Source of the DNA: Bugula neritina
Lineage: Eukaryota; Animalia; Bryozoa
NCBI GenBank assembly: GCA_964035545.1
Contig: OZ037766.1
Span: 17,323,081-17,387,080, forward strand
Reading direction: 5' to 3'
DNA: 64,000 nucleotides
Every line of letters starts with the position of its first letter. The first letter of the stretch is position 1. The translations under genes were made by a program, and so were the position numbers. Below are positions 44,350 through 57,392 of this stretch, piece by piece. Under the pieces are notes generated by a model. It had not been told where the DNA came from. It was given only the letters and a program-made list of their open reading frames with translations, and did not search any database.

Positions 44350-46440
44350 AAATCACTGTTACCTTTGAATACTTTTGAAGACATAGAACACTTGGAAACA
44401 CTCAAGGGTATAGAAGTGCCTCATTCGTTTTACAGTGTGGACAAGTGGTTAGGTGGTAATTGTGTTAATTTTTTTTATATGGACCCTCTGGTGTCTTTAA
44501 TGATTCTCGGTAAGAAACTTTCATGGTATACTTGTGAGTTCGCACATATTAGTTTACCGTGAACAGCAGAACTAGTGGTTATTGCCATATTTCAGTGACC
44601 TTGTGGGATTTCATCGTATGCCATTGCCAATATTGAGTGTTGTTCTTCCTGTAAAATTTTCATGGGAAGATGGAGTCAGTGAGTTTTGTGTCTCCGTTTG
44701 AGAGACTGGAAGCCAGGCTGACAGCATGCCCCGGTGACACTTTCTGGCCCCTTCAATCCAGCAATAAACCCAACCGCCCTGTGCTGTAGCATTTCCATCG
44801 ACTTGGGCTTCATGTACACAGGCCGATTTTGCATTAAAACCGGCCGAAAAACTGTCAGTTGATGTTTGAGGATTTTAAATTTATCGGCCGATTTTGCTTT
44901 TGGCCGATTTTTAAACCGATTTTCACAATTGAACATGATCAATTTTTCGCTGATTTTCTGTTGAACCAGCTCATCAAAAATCATGGCAAAAACCATGACA
45001 GCGATCGCAATTAACACCATTGTTGAAATTCGAACAGGAAGAAATTATACATTCCTATCACTATGATACACCATTCATGAAATACAACTAATTAAATTAA
45101 TAACTATTAATAGCAGTAGTAGAAGTAACAACGCATTAAACAATTTTGTAAGTGATGTTAATAGTGTAGCTTAATAACTTATGGATAGTTATAGACATTG
45201 AATCTGGTTAAATAAATAGCTACTAAGCCAGCTATTTGCTTTTTAATTTAATACTAAAATAGTAAAATTGGTGATCAATTTTTACGCAACTTTCAAATGC
45301 AGCAAGCTGTCAACAAATTATACACAACCAGTTAATTTTATTCAGTTTTTATTTATTAGAACATCAGAATAAACAGAAATGTTGAAGTCGCAATATTTTG
45401 ATTGGTTTCATCAATTTATGTTATCACTTTGAATTTTTCAATTTAAATTTAAATTTCTTTATTGTTTCTAGCCATTTCACTTGTGAAAAAAAAAATGCCG
45501 AGGTATGTTTACTATGCCAAAGCATATACAACTGATATTGATCTCTGCATATAAATTTAAGGAAGTTATATAAACTGAGAGCTATCCGCCAATAGAACGC
45601 AAGCAGAAAAATAAGCTTAGGGCCATACGACGTGCGAGAAAACCCGTTTAGCCCAAAAATGGAACGTTGTGTACGTATTTTTATGCGTCTAACATGCTGA
45701 GCGAGAAGTGCGGCAAGCTCGTGTGTGTTTGGATCTAATTAGCTTATTATCATTTAGCAAGCACACTTTTTTTTATTTCAATTTACGTTTTAGCATTTAG
45801 CCAACTGAATTAAAACAGTTTTATATAGTTTGCATTTCCGCTTTTATAACATCTAAAGTCACTTGGCTGATGATGTAGTTTAAAAAAACAAATGTCTGTA
45901 GGCGAGTAGTAAAGTAAAACTTCAAGACCATTAGCTAATAAATCTCCGTACTCGCAACACACGCATTGTGTGTGGCAGGTCACTCGCGAGACGAGTTTTC
46001 TTGCAATTAAGACCCGCACGGGGAATCTTGCATTATGTGGCTCTACGCTAACGCTGGACATAAAAATTGTCGGGATTTCTATGCCGATTTTGCAATCAGC
46101 AATCACGAAATCGGCTGAAAAAATCGGCTTGTGTACATGCAGCTTTAATGTTTTTAGTTAATGATGGATCCCACTCGTTATCTAAGTGCTCGAGCATGGG
46201 ACGGCACAAACTAGTGTAAGCCAGTAGCTTACCTTCTATGGGGGCCTCATTTAGAACGTCTTTAATTGCTCCCAGAAATTTTGAGGCCTTATCCTTCTTA
46301 AGTGTAATATGCTGATCAAACTTAAGGTTTAACTGTATTACAACCTCCAAGTATGTTGTTGTGTCTACCCAATCCATCTCTACCTCCCCTAGCTTGCACG
46401 CAGCAAAGCTTTCAGTGTATGGTAATTTGGCCAATTTAAA
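44350..46440 (-). mobile_element. 5'-truncated non-LTR retrotransposon (LINE) 3' fragment, interrupted by a DNA element
   Basis: RT C-terminal motifs TYLEVVI..LKFDQHI and AYTSLCRPMLE..WDP, then after the insertion EMLQHRAVGFI, SLKRR and YHESFLPRII. Frameshifted. Confidence 0.82.
44806..46144. mobile_element. Non-autonomous Harbinger-like DNA element inserted in the LINE
   Basis: About 25-bp TIRs (a/g)GCT(g/t)CATGTACACA(a/g)GCCGATTTT with TTG/TTA flanks; the LINE peptide resumes on both sides. Confidence 0.78.
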
Positions 46441-46780
46441 ACAATTAATTTTAATTTTTGAGCTTGACAGCTTATATGAAATTAATAGCTGTCTTGCAGA
46501 TTATTAATAAACTTACAGGACTGTTAGGCTTAAAATTACAAAGAAAATAGCTAATGAAACTAAGTTTTAATAGTCATTTAAATTCAATTTAAATTCTCCC
46601 ATTTTTTTTTACCTTCTACTGCATATAATTGAGTTTTCTTAATCACTGTACTGAAAGTCAAAGTTTTGGCATCTGAAAAGGTGGCTATCATAATTATTTA
46701 ATACTTTGCTTAGTAATTATCAACAAGTTATCATTTTTATTAGCAGACAACATTGTAGCGCGCAGTCTTTTTCTCCTTCT

Positions 46781-46930
46781 CAGATCGATCTGGGGTCTTT
46801 CCATGGTCTTATTGACATGTTCGAGCTCTACAGACCGACTGGCTGAGATCGACGGAGATCGATCTTTGGCGTCTTTCCATGGATCGATCTCACTGAGATC
46901 GATCTGAGATCAGTCCATGAAAAGCCGGTG
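46781..46930. mobile_element. GATC-rich palindromic MITE-like remnant
   Basis: Repeated CTTTCCATGGATCGATCTC / GAGATCGATC arms; a related hairpin lies at 55636-55676. Confidence 0.55.
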
Positions 46931-47510
46931 AATAATTGATATGATAACCACTACCATAATCATAATGATAATGAATATGATAATCATAAAGGACAAAAAT
47001 AAAATAAAAAATGTGAAACTGAAACTCAAATGAGTTAACTAAATTCACTAAAACTCTAATTCATTTTCAAATGATAATTATAATTTGATTAATCTTCATA
47101 GCCGTATCGGTATGACTATGAGTATGAGTATGAGTATCAGTATTTGATTATTTTAGTGATAATGATTACTAGTAACAACTAGCACACCTTGATCTTCATT
47201 TTGATCAAGCCAAAGAGTTAATGGATTACACTAGATCTTGCGGCTTTAGCCTCTAGCTCTACCACTACCAGTACCACCATGACCAGGACTAAGACATGAC
47301 CATGAGCTTCACCATGAGCAATACCATTGTACTGATCGTAGAAACAAATAACAATTGACTCGCACTAGTAGCATGCATATCTGAAAAACTATTTTATAAA
47401 TGCAAAATAGGTAAACAGAGTTTCCATTACACTCAAGCAATGTTATTATATTATCATATTTTCCACTGTCAGGTGTGTTCGCCATTTCATTCGCAGGCAA
47501 CTTTATTAAT

Positions 47511-47650
47511 TGTTCTATAAGCAGCTCCGAGTTGGGCGTGAATGGGTGCAATAGTTTATAAACTTTCCGTCGTTGGTTCACCAATTTCAAACTTGAGAAC
47601 CTCAAACCACTGCACTCAGCAACCCCCAGCTCGGAGCTGTTTATAGAGCA
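47511..47650. mobile_element. Short MITE-like inverted repeat
   Basis: Arms TGTTCTATAAGCAGCTCCGAGTTGGG and CCCAGCTCGGAGCTGTTTATAGAGCA; no clear TSD. Confidence 0.55.
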
Positions 47651-50153
47651 GTTTTGATAATGGAGCAAAGAAAAGGAATCGCCGTTGGTGTAGATGCTTA
47701 ACTAAAACATAAAAACTACAAGAGGGGAGAAAAACGATCAAATAATAATTTATGTATCGCTTTACCCGCATTTTTGCCAAAATAATTAGTGTGATAGCTA
47801 AAAAGTCGCTCACGCAATAAATCGTTTTGTCATTTTCTTGCCACCAAAAGCTTTTACATATTACTTATCAGCATCCAATTGGTTTTTTTCTTTATTTTAA
47901 ACGGCCACTTAGAATTAATGACAGGCCTTTAAGTGTCACATTTGTCGCTTCACTTCTCAAAGTGGTATGCGGTACTTGCAAGTTTGTGAATGTCAACCCT
48001 CACTTCTCACGATTAGCCTTAAAGTTAGGCTTGCCTTGCGGATTGCCCTTAGCCCTTAGGCGTAGAGGCTTAGCCCTTAGCGGCTTAGCCCTTAGGGCTT
48101 AGGCCCTAGGATTAATATTATCAAATTCAATATATCATCATGCTTTTATGATTATCACTTCATGCTAATTGCTATGGCCTAGCGCTATGCGATTATTTAG
48201 TTTTACCATTACGTTAGTATTACATTTAGTTTTACTTTTACTCATTACTGTGATATCAGATTGAGATCCAGTATCAGTATGAGTGTCAGTCACTCAGTGT
48301 GATTGTGAGTATGATTGTCATTGTATCAGTATCACTATCAGTGATGGTTCAAAATAATGAAAATTAAAATTGAAAGTATTTAGTAATCAGACATCAATGA
48401 TCAATCAAAACAAATATCAATAGCAGAATATAATATAACTATTATAATAATTATACTATGTATTTATTATTAGTAATACTAATAGCAGTATTACTATTAC
48501 TATTAGTATTAGCTTTAAGTTTAAGTTCAAAACTTACATTATGATTATGACTATCAATTTTTGTCAATAACTCAATTCATTATGATTATGATTATGATTA
48601 TAATATTTTTGTAATTTAATATTATTAATTCTAATTGTAATACTAATTTGGATTCATGATTGTAATTAAAAGTAATTATAAGATGAAGAATAAGATATTA
48701 GTATTATGCTACTGTTACTGTTAGTGTTACTTACAATAAAATTAACTAATAGACATAGTGATAGTAATACTAAAAGTAGTAGTAATACTGATAGTAATAC
48801 TAATAGTTTAATAGTAGTAGTAGTGATATTGGCGATACTGATATATTAATTATATTAGTTGGGCTTTATTACTTATAGTAAGAGCAATAGTAATGGCAAT
48901 TATTTGACAATAATTAGCTTGGGTTTCAACAAAGCCAACTGATAGCACAATCTCATTATTCTATTCATTGTGAATGTAGTAGTATTGTAAATGATTATTG
49001 TAAATGTTTAGCATTATTTATTAAAAATTAAATGGTCAAAAAATTCACCACTATTAATATTATACAAATATTCATTTTAATATCCACTGAGTTATAAAGT
49101 ATACACTCACTTGATAAACAATTATAATGATAATAGTAATAACAGTAGCCTAAGTTTAGCTAATGCAGAGTGTGAACTGGTGCTCACAGGCCTGTGATAC
49201 ACATATGCTTATATTCATAGAGTTTTAAACTTTCTTATCCATTATGTTTTAATATCACTGTCGGGCGCACTATGAGCCTGGCAGTGATATTCTCTTCTCC
49301 TGGCTCACCTTGATCAGTTCATCCCAGAATTAATTGATTGTAGCTGTGACTTGTTATCAAAATGTGCTGATAGAAATAATTTTAGTGATGTTAGTTGTAA
49401 CAATACTGATCACAATTGGTAACTAAAAATGCTGTTTTCATCAAGAGTGAAAAGTCACATAGTTTATATGATTTGCAATGATGTTTTCTACCACCAGTGC
49501 AGGTTTGGGACTTTGACAACCTCCTTATTCTAAATTCAATTTCTTATTCACATATGTTTTTATATTAAATTTAAAGCTATGTTTGCATTATAGTGGAATA
49601 CATTTTTCAATTTTGAAGTTGTAAAATCATATAAAGGCAAATAAGTAACAAGCAGCAACTTTTTCATTAGAACACACCATTTAAATCTTAAACCCTTTCT
49701 TTTTATGACATACAATAAGTTGTTACTAAAGCTTTTCATAAATTAACAGACCTTACTGAACCTACTGGTTTTCATAGCAGTGGCTTCTGGCACTGATTAG
49801 TAAATTGATAATTTCGTTGCTATAGGCTACTCATTATAATATGTGTTTGTTACAAACTTATTAAATGTACTCTTTATTACAAAGCTGACACAGTTGCTGA
49901 TCAATTAAAAACAGTATTAATAATGAATGCTTGTGATAAAACCAATTTTTCTTAATCTAGTTACATTAGCTGTTGAATTGTATTAACAACTAGCTTAGCT
50001 TTAGATTTACATGTAACAGTAAATGCGAAATTCTTATAGTTGCTAGTTGAACCACAACATGTTTTGTTTTTTGTCATATATCACTTATTTGCCATGACTT
50101 GTAAAGTATTTTTTTAGAAACTGCCTCTTTATTTCAACTTATATGGAATTGTC

Positions 50154-53100
50154 ATGGCAAGTGGCGGGCATAACGATTTGAATAAATTACGAATGGAACA
50201 GTTTGAATCATCGAGTAAATCTGACAATCTTGACACTGAATATGTCTGTTGGTCTCCTAGTAGAGTTGACAAAACCAAGTTAAATCCTAAAGTTGTATTT
50301 TTATCGGATTCTGACGAAGATAAAACAGCATTACCAGAACAAAAAGTTGACTTCAACAATGGTAATTCTTCTCAGCTTATTGAAGTTTCTATGCATGACT
50401 CTAATCATCTACAGTCTTCAAGGAAAAGAAAGAAAGTTGAAAAGCAGTACTCTTGGTTATCTAATTCAAGTGATGAGGAAATTTCACACAGTGAAGCTAC
50501 TAAACGGAAAATCCCTGCAAAAAAGGCAACCTACTCAAGGGCTAAATTCCTGTCATTGAAGCCATTGCCTATAACTAAAAAGACTGCAGTTGTTGTGCCT
50601 ATAACTAAACTAAAACCTGAATCGAATGATAGTTGTTGTGAGAAAGAAAAAAAGAATTCAACTTGTTCCTCTTCTACTCCTAAGAAACAATCTCATACTT
50701 TTGCACTCCTTGATGAGCTTCTTAACACTCCAGTCAAACCTAAAATTATAGAAGACAATTGTTGCAAATGTGACGGTTCTAGCTCTACAGCAGAAGCTAA
50801 AATTTCTGCAGATGAAACAGGGGACTCCATCACCAATTGCAGCACATCTAATCACACGACAAAGGATTCTGTTCTTGAAACCATCTTGCCATCAAGTTGT
50901 GTTGACTCTAAATTAGAATCTGCTTGTAAAGTTTTAGAAAACAAAACTCAGAATAATGCAGAGATATGCAACTCTGATTCAGATCTCTCTCTTTTTGAAA
51001 TATCATTTGATCAAAGTGAGTCTATTCATTCTACCAAACATCTTGGCAAATCTTTAAATGATCAGATCTTGCATAACCCACCACCATCACCTGTTGACCA
51101 AACAGCTTCAAGCCCTAGTAAGTCTTCATCTCCTATCTTTATACCCGAAAATCCCTTGGAAATTGACTTTACTAGTAGTTCAGATGAAAATTCTAGTAAA
51201 CGAAAAAGTAGTAAAGGTAAGCAACCGGCCAATAAACGAAGAAAAGTAGTTGCTAAAAGGAGTAAGCCTACAGCTGACCAGGACATAGAAATAGTAGACC
51301 CACTTAGTCGTTCACATTCAGCTGCTCTTACCAAGAAATTGGCTTCTAAAAGTTCAATAGATGAAGGTGATACGCCCTGCGTAAGTTTCTTTCAGACAAG
51401 CAGTTCTATATGTACATGTACATATTATTCATATCAATATTTTTTGTTGCATTTGAAAGTGCCTTTATGTGAATACTCGGATTTATTTCTTTCTACACCA
51501 ACTATTTAATAGTTGTTTCAGAGTTTAAACCAACAGGACCAAGAGCTATGATTTGTTTTCTTTATTTAAAATGGTTTAATAGTGCCTTAATGAGCTCTGC
51601 ATTTTAATCTTCTATCAGTTTTTATATTCATCAATGCACGTCACACTATAGTGATTTCTGCTTATGAATACGTCATGTATTTTTAGATTGCATCATCATC
51701 TGGCACAACAAACAGAGGCGATTTTGTGAACAAAGCTGTAGTCCGTCCAAACCCTGTTGTTATTGCAGGTGTAAATTTATTAATCGTAACATCAACTGTT
51801 ATGCAAAACACAGAATTTGTATAATATAAAAATTTTGTATATTTTTTGCCTATGCTGTACTTGAATTTTTTTTTCATGTGTTTCAAAACTTTGTGATGAG
51901 ACTTGTTCTCTTCACCATGAAGTTGAGTTTAATTGGTGAACAGTTGATAAAGTCCTGCATTTCTAAAATGTTTCAATTTATGTAAGTTTTTGCATTCAAT
52001 ATGGTATATTTTATTTCATATTTAATATTGACATACAAGATGGAAATTTATGTATTTTCAGACAATGACGACGACGATGATGATATTATGATGGTATCTG
52101 CTAATACCAGAAATTGCCAAGAGCTGGAGGATTTAGAATTTGCTCGTCGCCTACAAGTATATACATATGCAGTCTCTCTTAGCATTGCATTCTCACTTAT
52201 TAATGTGGTGCTCTTTGTTACTGGCTTATGTATTAATTTATCTCTTTATAAAGAAGCTTACATGAATCTTTAAAACATTATTCTAATGAGTTTTATACCT
52301 GCTACAATTTTTGTTCAAAGTATTTATTATGGATGCATTCTACTGTGAAATGACTATACATACACATTGTTGTCATTTTCTAAAATTATTGTTATGCATT
52401 TAATTTTAGGCTCAATTTGACCAGGAAAGTGCAAATATAAGGTTAGTACCATCTATCTTTCAATAGAATTTCTTATGAACAAACATGAATAAACATGTTG
52501 CTTGTAATTTACCCTGCAAAATTTCAAAGTTGGTAATTGCATATAAGCACAAGGCTTTTTGCTAAGGTTAAGTGTCCTTTTAGTTGAACAGCTTGGTTAT
52601 ATTTATTGAAACATGTTCTTATATTATATGCTTCTTGCTTCAAATTTAAACTACTATAATTGTCATTATGCAGAGCACCCATCCCAATAGCAACCACCCC
52701 CAGTAGCTCCAGGGCACACTTTGACACTACCGCACCACTGACACAGAGTTCTGAGAGATTACTCCAGGTTCTAGGAGGTTCTCCAGCTGTCACTCAGTTC
52801 TTGTCATCTCCATCAACCTTGCAGAGGGTCTGCATGCATAATCATATGGCTTTCTTTAACATAAGGCTGTTCACGGCAAACTGTATTTGGATGAGTTTTA
52901 ATATGTTTTTGCAACTTACTTTTTCTTGCCTTCTATGTTATATAGGGAGTTAAAGTATCAAGCAATTGAAAAAGGCATCAACAGCAAATGTTTTAGACTA
53001 TACAAATGCTGAATCTATCATTACATATATTGATTGCGATTCTATAATTTTGTTCAATTCTAAATGAATATTTTATAAAGCCACTCATAACCATTAGAAC

Positions 53101-56100
53101 TTCTTAATAATTGAGAAAAATAATCTCCAATTTGTTTAGCATTGTGGAAAAAAAGTTATTACTCTATGAGATAGTTTTGTGTCTTGATATGCATTATTCG
53201 CTGTTATATATATACAGAGGAATGTACCACGAGAACTGGCAACGGTAGAGCAGAGGCTAGAACTACTGCAGGAGTTGGCACTTCAACAGGAGTATTTAGA
53301 TGATACAACTCTCAGTGAAGTGAGTGTATTCATTGCCTGTCAATGGGCATAGATATTGTGTGAAAATAAATACTTTGCGTTTCCAAAGTTTGTTTCATGC
53401 AAATAGATTTGTCATTTGATTAATGCAAACAGTGCCATTCAACTAAAACCACAACCATGCTAAAAACATGGATTGACCATATGCGTTCATAGATTTTCAT
53501 ATGTATAAACCTGAACCAGAATTCGTCCAAACCATGAAAACTAATAATCGTTGTCAATATATATTATAATTGTAGATAATATGGATGTTTATACAAATAT
53601 TTTAAGGAATAAATGAAGTTGTATTGACCTAATATAATAATAGTAATATATCAGAATGAGCCTGCTGTCTGCTATTCATAAGATAACGTCCTAAATTATT
53701 TTTAGATTCTAGGAGTTACTCCAGGTATTCCCTTCCACACCTCACCTGTTGGAACCACCAGCCAAGGCCCTAGACCCACCAACTTTTCAGGTTTCTCCAG
53801 CAGAAGTAGAGCTGATGTTACGGTAACTTGTTTTTGATAATTTTAAACTGCGTGCATGAATTAATGAGCAATGGTTGCATACATTTGTAATTTGCATATA
53901 CCAACATAGTTATTTTTTATATTTAAAACAAAATTTGTTTATTTATATAGATGCCTGTGGTTTTAATTTGAGTAAATTGGAACTTTTAATTGTAGAAATT
54001 GGTAAATCAAAGTGTTCATATTTGTTGCTACTATTTCTCCCAACAGTGTTTATAAGGCTACACTTTATTGTCTGTAGGTCTTATATTCAACCAATTAGAC
54101 TGCATAGCTATGTATTGACTACCTAGCTCCAGCTCCAGCGATACTCGGGTCTTGTGGCTCTTGTCTACGTATTCACAGGTTGAATATTAAATTGATTTTT
54201 TCTGCTGGCTACTAGAAATGTTTGTACAACTTGCGCTATTTTTAGGGAAGGAATTCAGGGTCTTTCAACAGAATAATGCGAGAAGCATTTGGTGTGGACG
54301 ACACAGCTGAGATGAGCTATGAGGTAATGTTAAAATCTTCTTCCATGCCTCTCTATTTCCTGGAGTTCTAGACCAGCCATGAAGTCAATGCATGACTATC
54401 AGAAGTTGTAAAATCTTTCTGCATTTATTGTTTTCACTTATAGTGGTAAATGAAAATAATATATTCAAAGACCTTTATTGCAGCACTCTTGCATTTTATC
54501 CATTAGGCTTGTATATGTGTTACCGTCTACAATTCTCTTCTTCTCACATTGCAGTCTTTGTTAGAGTTGTCTGACCGCATTGGTGATGCCAGGATGTCGG
54601 GTCTTGCTGCAAATGTTATTAATATGCTGCCAACTCGAACATATGCTACTGAGGACACAGCTGCGGCTTCTACGACATGCCACATATGCATGTGTGATTT
54701 TGCTACTGGAGATAAACTGAGGACTCTCAATTGTTTTCACGAATATCACTGCCAGTGTATAGACCAGTGGCTAAAGGTGGGTGATTGACAAGTTAGTCAT
54801 ATTTAACACATATTATATAATTGACTCCACTTTATTGTAATATTGGAAGGCTTACCGTATAGCTTATTCAGACACAACGACGAATGCCCAACAGCAAAAT
54901 AATATGCTTCCTACAGATTTGTTTATTTTAATTAATATCATTTATTATTAATTTTAGTAAATATTGATTATTTAATTTAGTTACAAGCAAAGCCGCTTGA
55001 GCAGCTTGTTTGTCATGTGAATTATGTCTGTTCTTTTTTGCTTTTTGAAATAAGCCAATGGAGTGCAATCAAATAAAAATCGTCAGCTGAAACCTAGCTG
55101 GGTCTGGTTTCAATCAATTTTTGAAAAGTCGATCACGTGATCGAAAAACAACAAAGTCTTCTTCTGTCAGACTAATCAAAGGACGCTAGTTTAGCACAAT
55201 GAACAAACTTGGTCGATCACGTGATCCAAAACGAACAAAATATGCATTTTTTGTGTCATTATGGCCCTCTATTCGTTCAATTCATTGATCATCTGAATAA
55301 GCTATTACACTAGCATGAGAATTGAAATTGGAAAAGCCAGTCGGTACAATAGAGTGAAAAGTAATAAAGGTATAAGTAAACAAATAAATAGGTTGCAGAG
55401 GTTATAGGAAAAGTTAAGCAGATTATGTTATGTTATCCAGTTGATATTTGTGAGCATGTCTACTCATGATAACTATCTTATTCTTATTGTTTCATTGTCA
55501 TACAATATTAAAGTAAAGTTTATATTATCTACTTGTTTTGATAAAGGAGGTTGTTTTTCAGGAAGTTTCTATTCTATATTGAATTCCAGATTTTGATATC
55601 TCATTTGCCAATTATATCTGCTCAGCTCTACAATCATCGGCTTTCCATGGATCGATCTCGCCGAGATCGATCCATGAATTATATCATATAGTGTTTCTCT
55701 ACTTGTGAATCGGGTGTGTTATAGTGTTGAGTCTAAATTCAAGCTTGTGTTTATATCCACTCTTATATATTGCTTCTTGGTGCATATTGTCTCTTCTTGA
55801 GAAATGAGGTGATAGCATAAAGATTAAAGAGCTGATTGTTGGAGAGTGGTTAGAATTTGGATTATATAAAAAGTTTCATTACTAGGTTGAGGGTAACCCT
55901 TGCTGGTTCTCTTGTTTAAACTCAATATTTTAATATATTTAATAGTAATAGTAGTAGTAGTGGTAGTAGTAGTAGTGGCAGCAGCAGTAGTTAGCAGTAG
56001 CAGCATCAGTAGTGATAATAATAATAGTTGTAGTAGCAGCAGCAGTAATAGTAACAGTGGTAGTAGCAGCAGCAGTAGTAGTAGTAATAGCAGCAGTAGT

Positions 56101-56904
56101 AGTAATAGCAGCAGCAGTGGTAATAGCAGCAGCAGTAGTAATGCTAGCAGCAGTAGTAGCACTAATAGCAGTAGTGGCAGTGTCATTGAGTACATCAAAG
56201 CATTCGTCATTCAATAAACTGAAATGGTGTGGAGCTTTTTTGTCGATCTTAAGTAGTGAGAACATGCCAATCAAGGTTCATACTTGGGCACCATTTTAAC
56301 TCACCACGATGATATCTAGAAGAGTCCTAGTGTTTCTTGAGCTTTATAATACTGTCTTTTTAGCAATTTGTTCAATTTCAGACAGGGTTGTGTATACTGC
56401 ACCAAAGTTCTGATGCTAAAGGGTAGAAATCATCAATGCCAAATACAATAAATGACCCATATTAGTGTACCATTCCATTTTTTGAGATATCTGTATTTAT
56501 GCTACTGTCTACTTATTATACTATTTTCGGTTTTACTTGGGACAATCAGTCAACAAGTAAGATTGAGTAGCTTTCAATGTGCAGAGATTTGGCAATAGGC
56601 TTGACTTCCATATTTATTTCATAAGATTTGTCGGGATCAATTTTTTTGCTTGTTGTATAAAAATTCACTAGTTGGTGCTGTTCATGGTATAGAAGAGATT
56701 AGCTTTACCAGTTTTCTGAGCTACCATGCTTCAAAATTTCTTATAACTGACATGGAGCCTTCATAAATTTGCTAAACTTTACATCACATTTCTAAATTTT
56801 GAACCTGGAAGTTCATACTTCATGCATTATATTGTGATGTTGTACTTCATTATTAGAGGAAAGCCACTTGCCCTATCTGCCGTGCCAGGGTGTGCTTTGA
56901 CTGA
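50154..56904 (+). CDS. RING-H2 E3 ubiquitin ligase (RNF111/RNF38/RNF44-type C-terminus), ~718 aa
   Basis: In-phase exons: 50154-51380, 51687-51768, 52062-52156, 52410-52441, 52674-52827, 53218-53319, 53706-53822, 54246-54323, 54555-54776, 56857-56904. Long Ser/Lys-rich low-complexity N-terminus, SYESLLELSDRIG helix, and RING [37 protein letters not shown]. Confidence 0.9.
54860..55304. mobile_element. MITE in the last intron of the RING gene
   Basis: TIRs TAGCTTATTCAGA / TCTGAATAAGCTA; two internal GATCACGTGATC palindromes. Confidence 0.6.
55941..56180. repeat. Imperfect (AGT/AGC)n trinucleotide tract
   Basis: Produces poly-Leu, poly-Ser and poly-Val/Ala spurious ORFs. Confidence 0.93.
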
Positions 56905-57392
56905 TGTGAGAAGCACAATATTGTACAGAAAGTTTCAAATAGAAATCACATTATTGTTATTTTTTAATCATACAATATTGAAAGATATGTGTTTGAAACT
57001 GTAGTATTTGAAATATGAATTATTTAATACATTTTGATACCATAGCTGACAATATTTATTATAAACTATGAGCGTTGAAAATATAATAGTACATGTATAT
57101 ATATAATCCAACTGTCTTCTTTTGCATGTTGATTGTAAAATAATCATTATGGCACATTGTTATTTCAAGTTTTATAATAAAACAATCTAGATGCAAATAT
57201 ATGGTTTTTTATTTTAAAATATTATAATGTTGAAATAATGTGTATAATATATAAAAATGTAAATGACTACAAAATATAAAAACGGTAGAGTTGCATGGAC
57301 TATTTGATATATTTTAATTTTATTTGCAGTAACGTTTATAATACAACTAAGACCTCCTAAAAATGTAGCATGCAAAATTCAGGAAGTTGTGA

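Noticed and set aside
44040-44350. Asn/Ile-rich ORF
   Set aside because: AAT/TAA low-complexity DNA.
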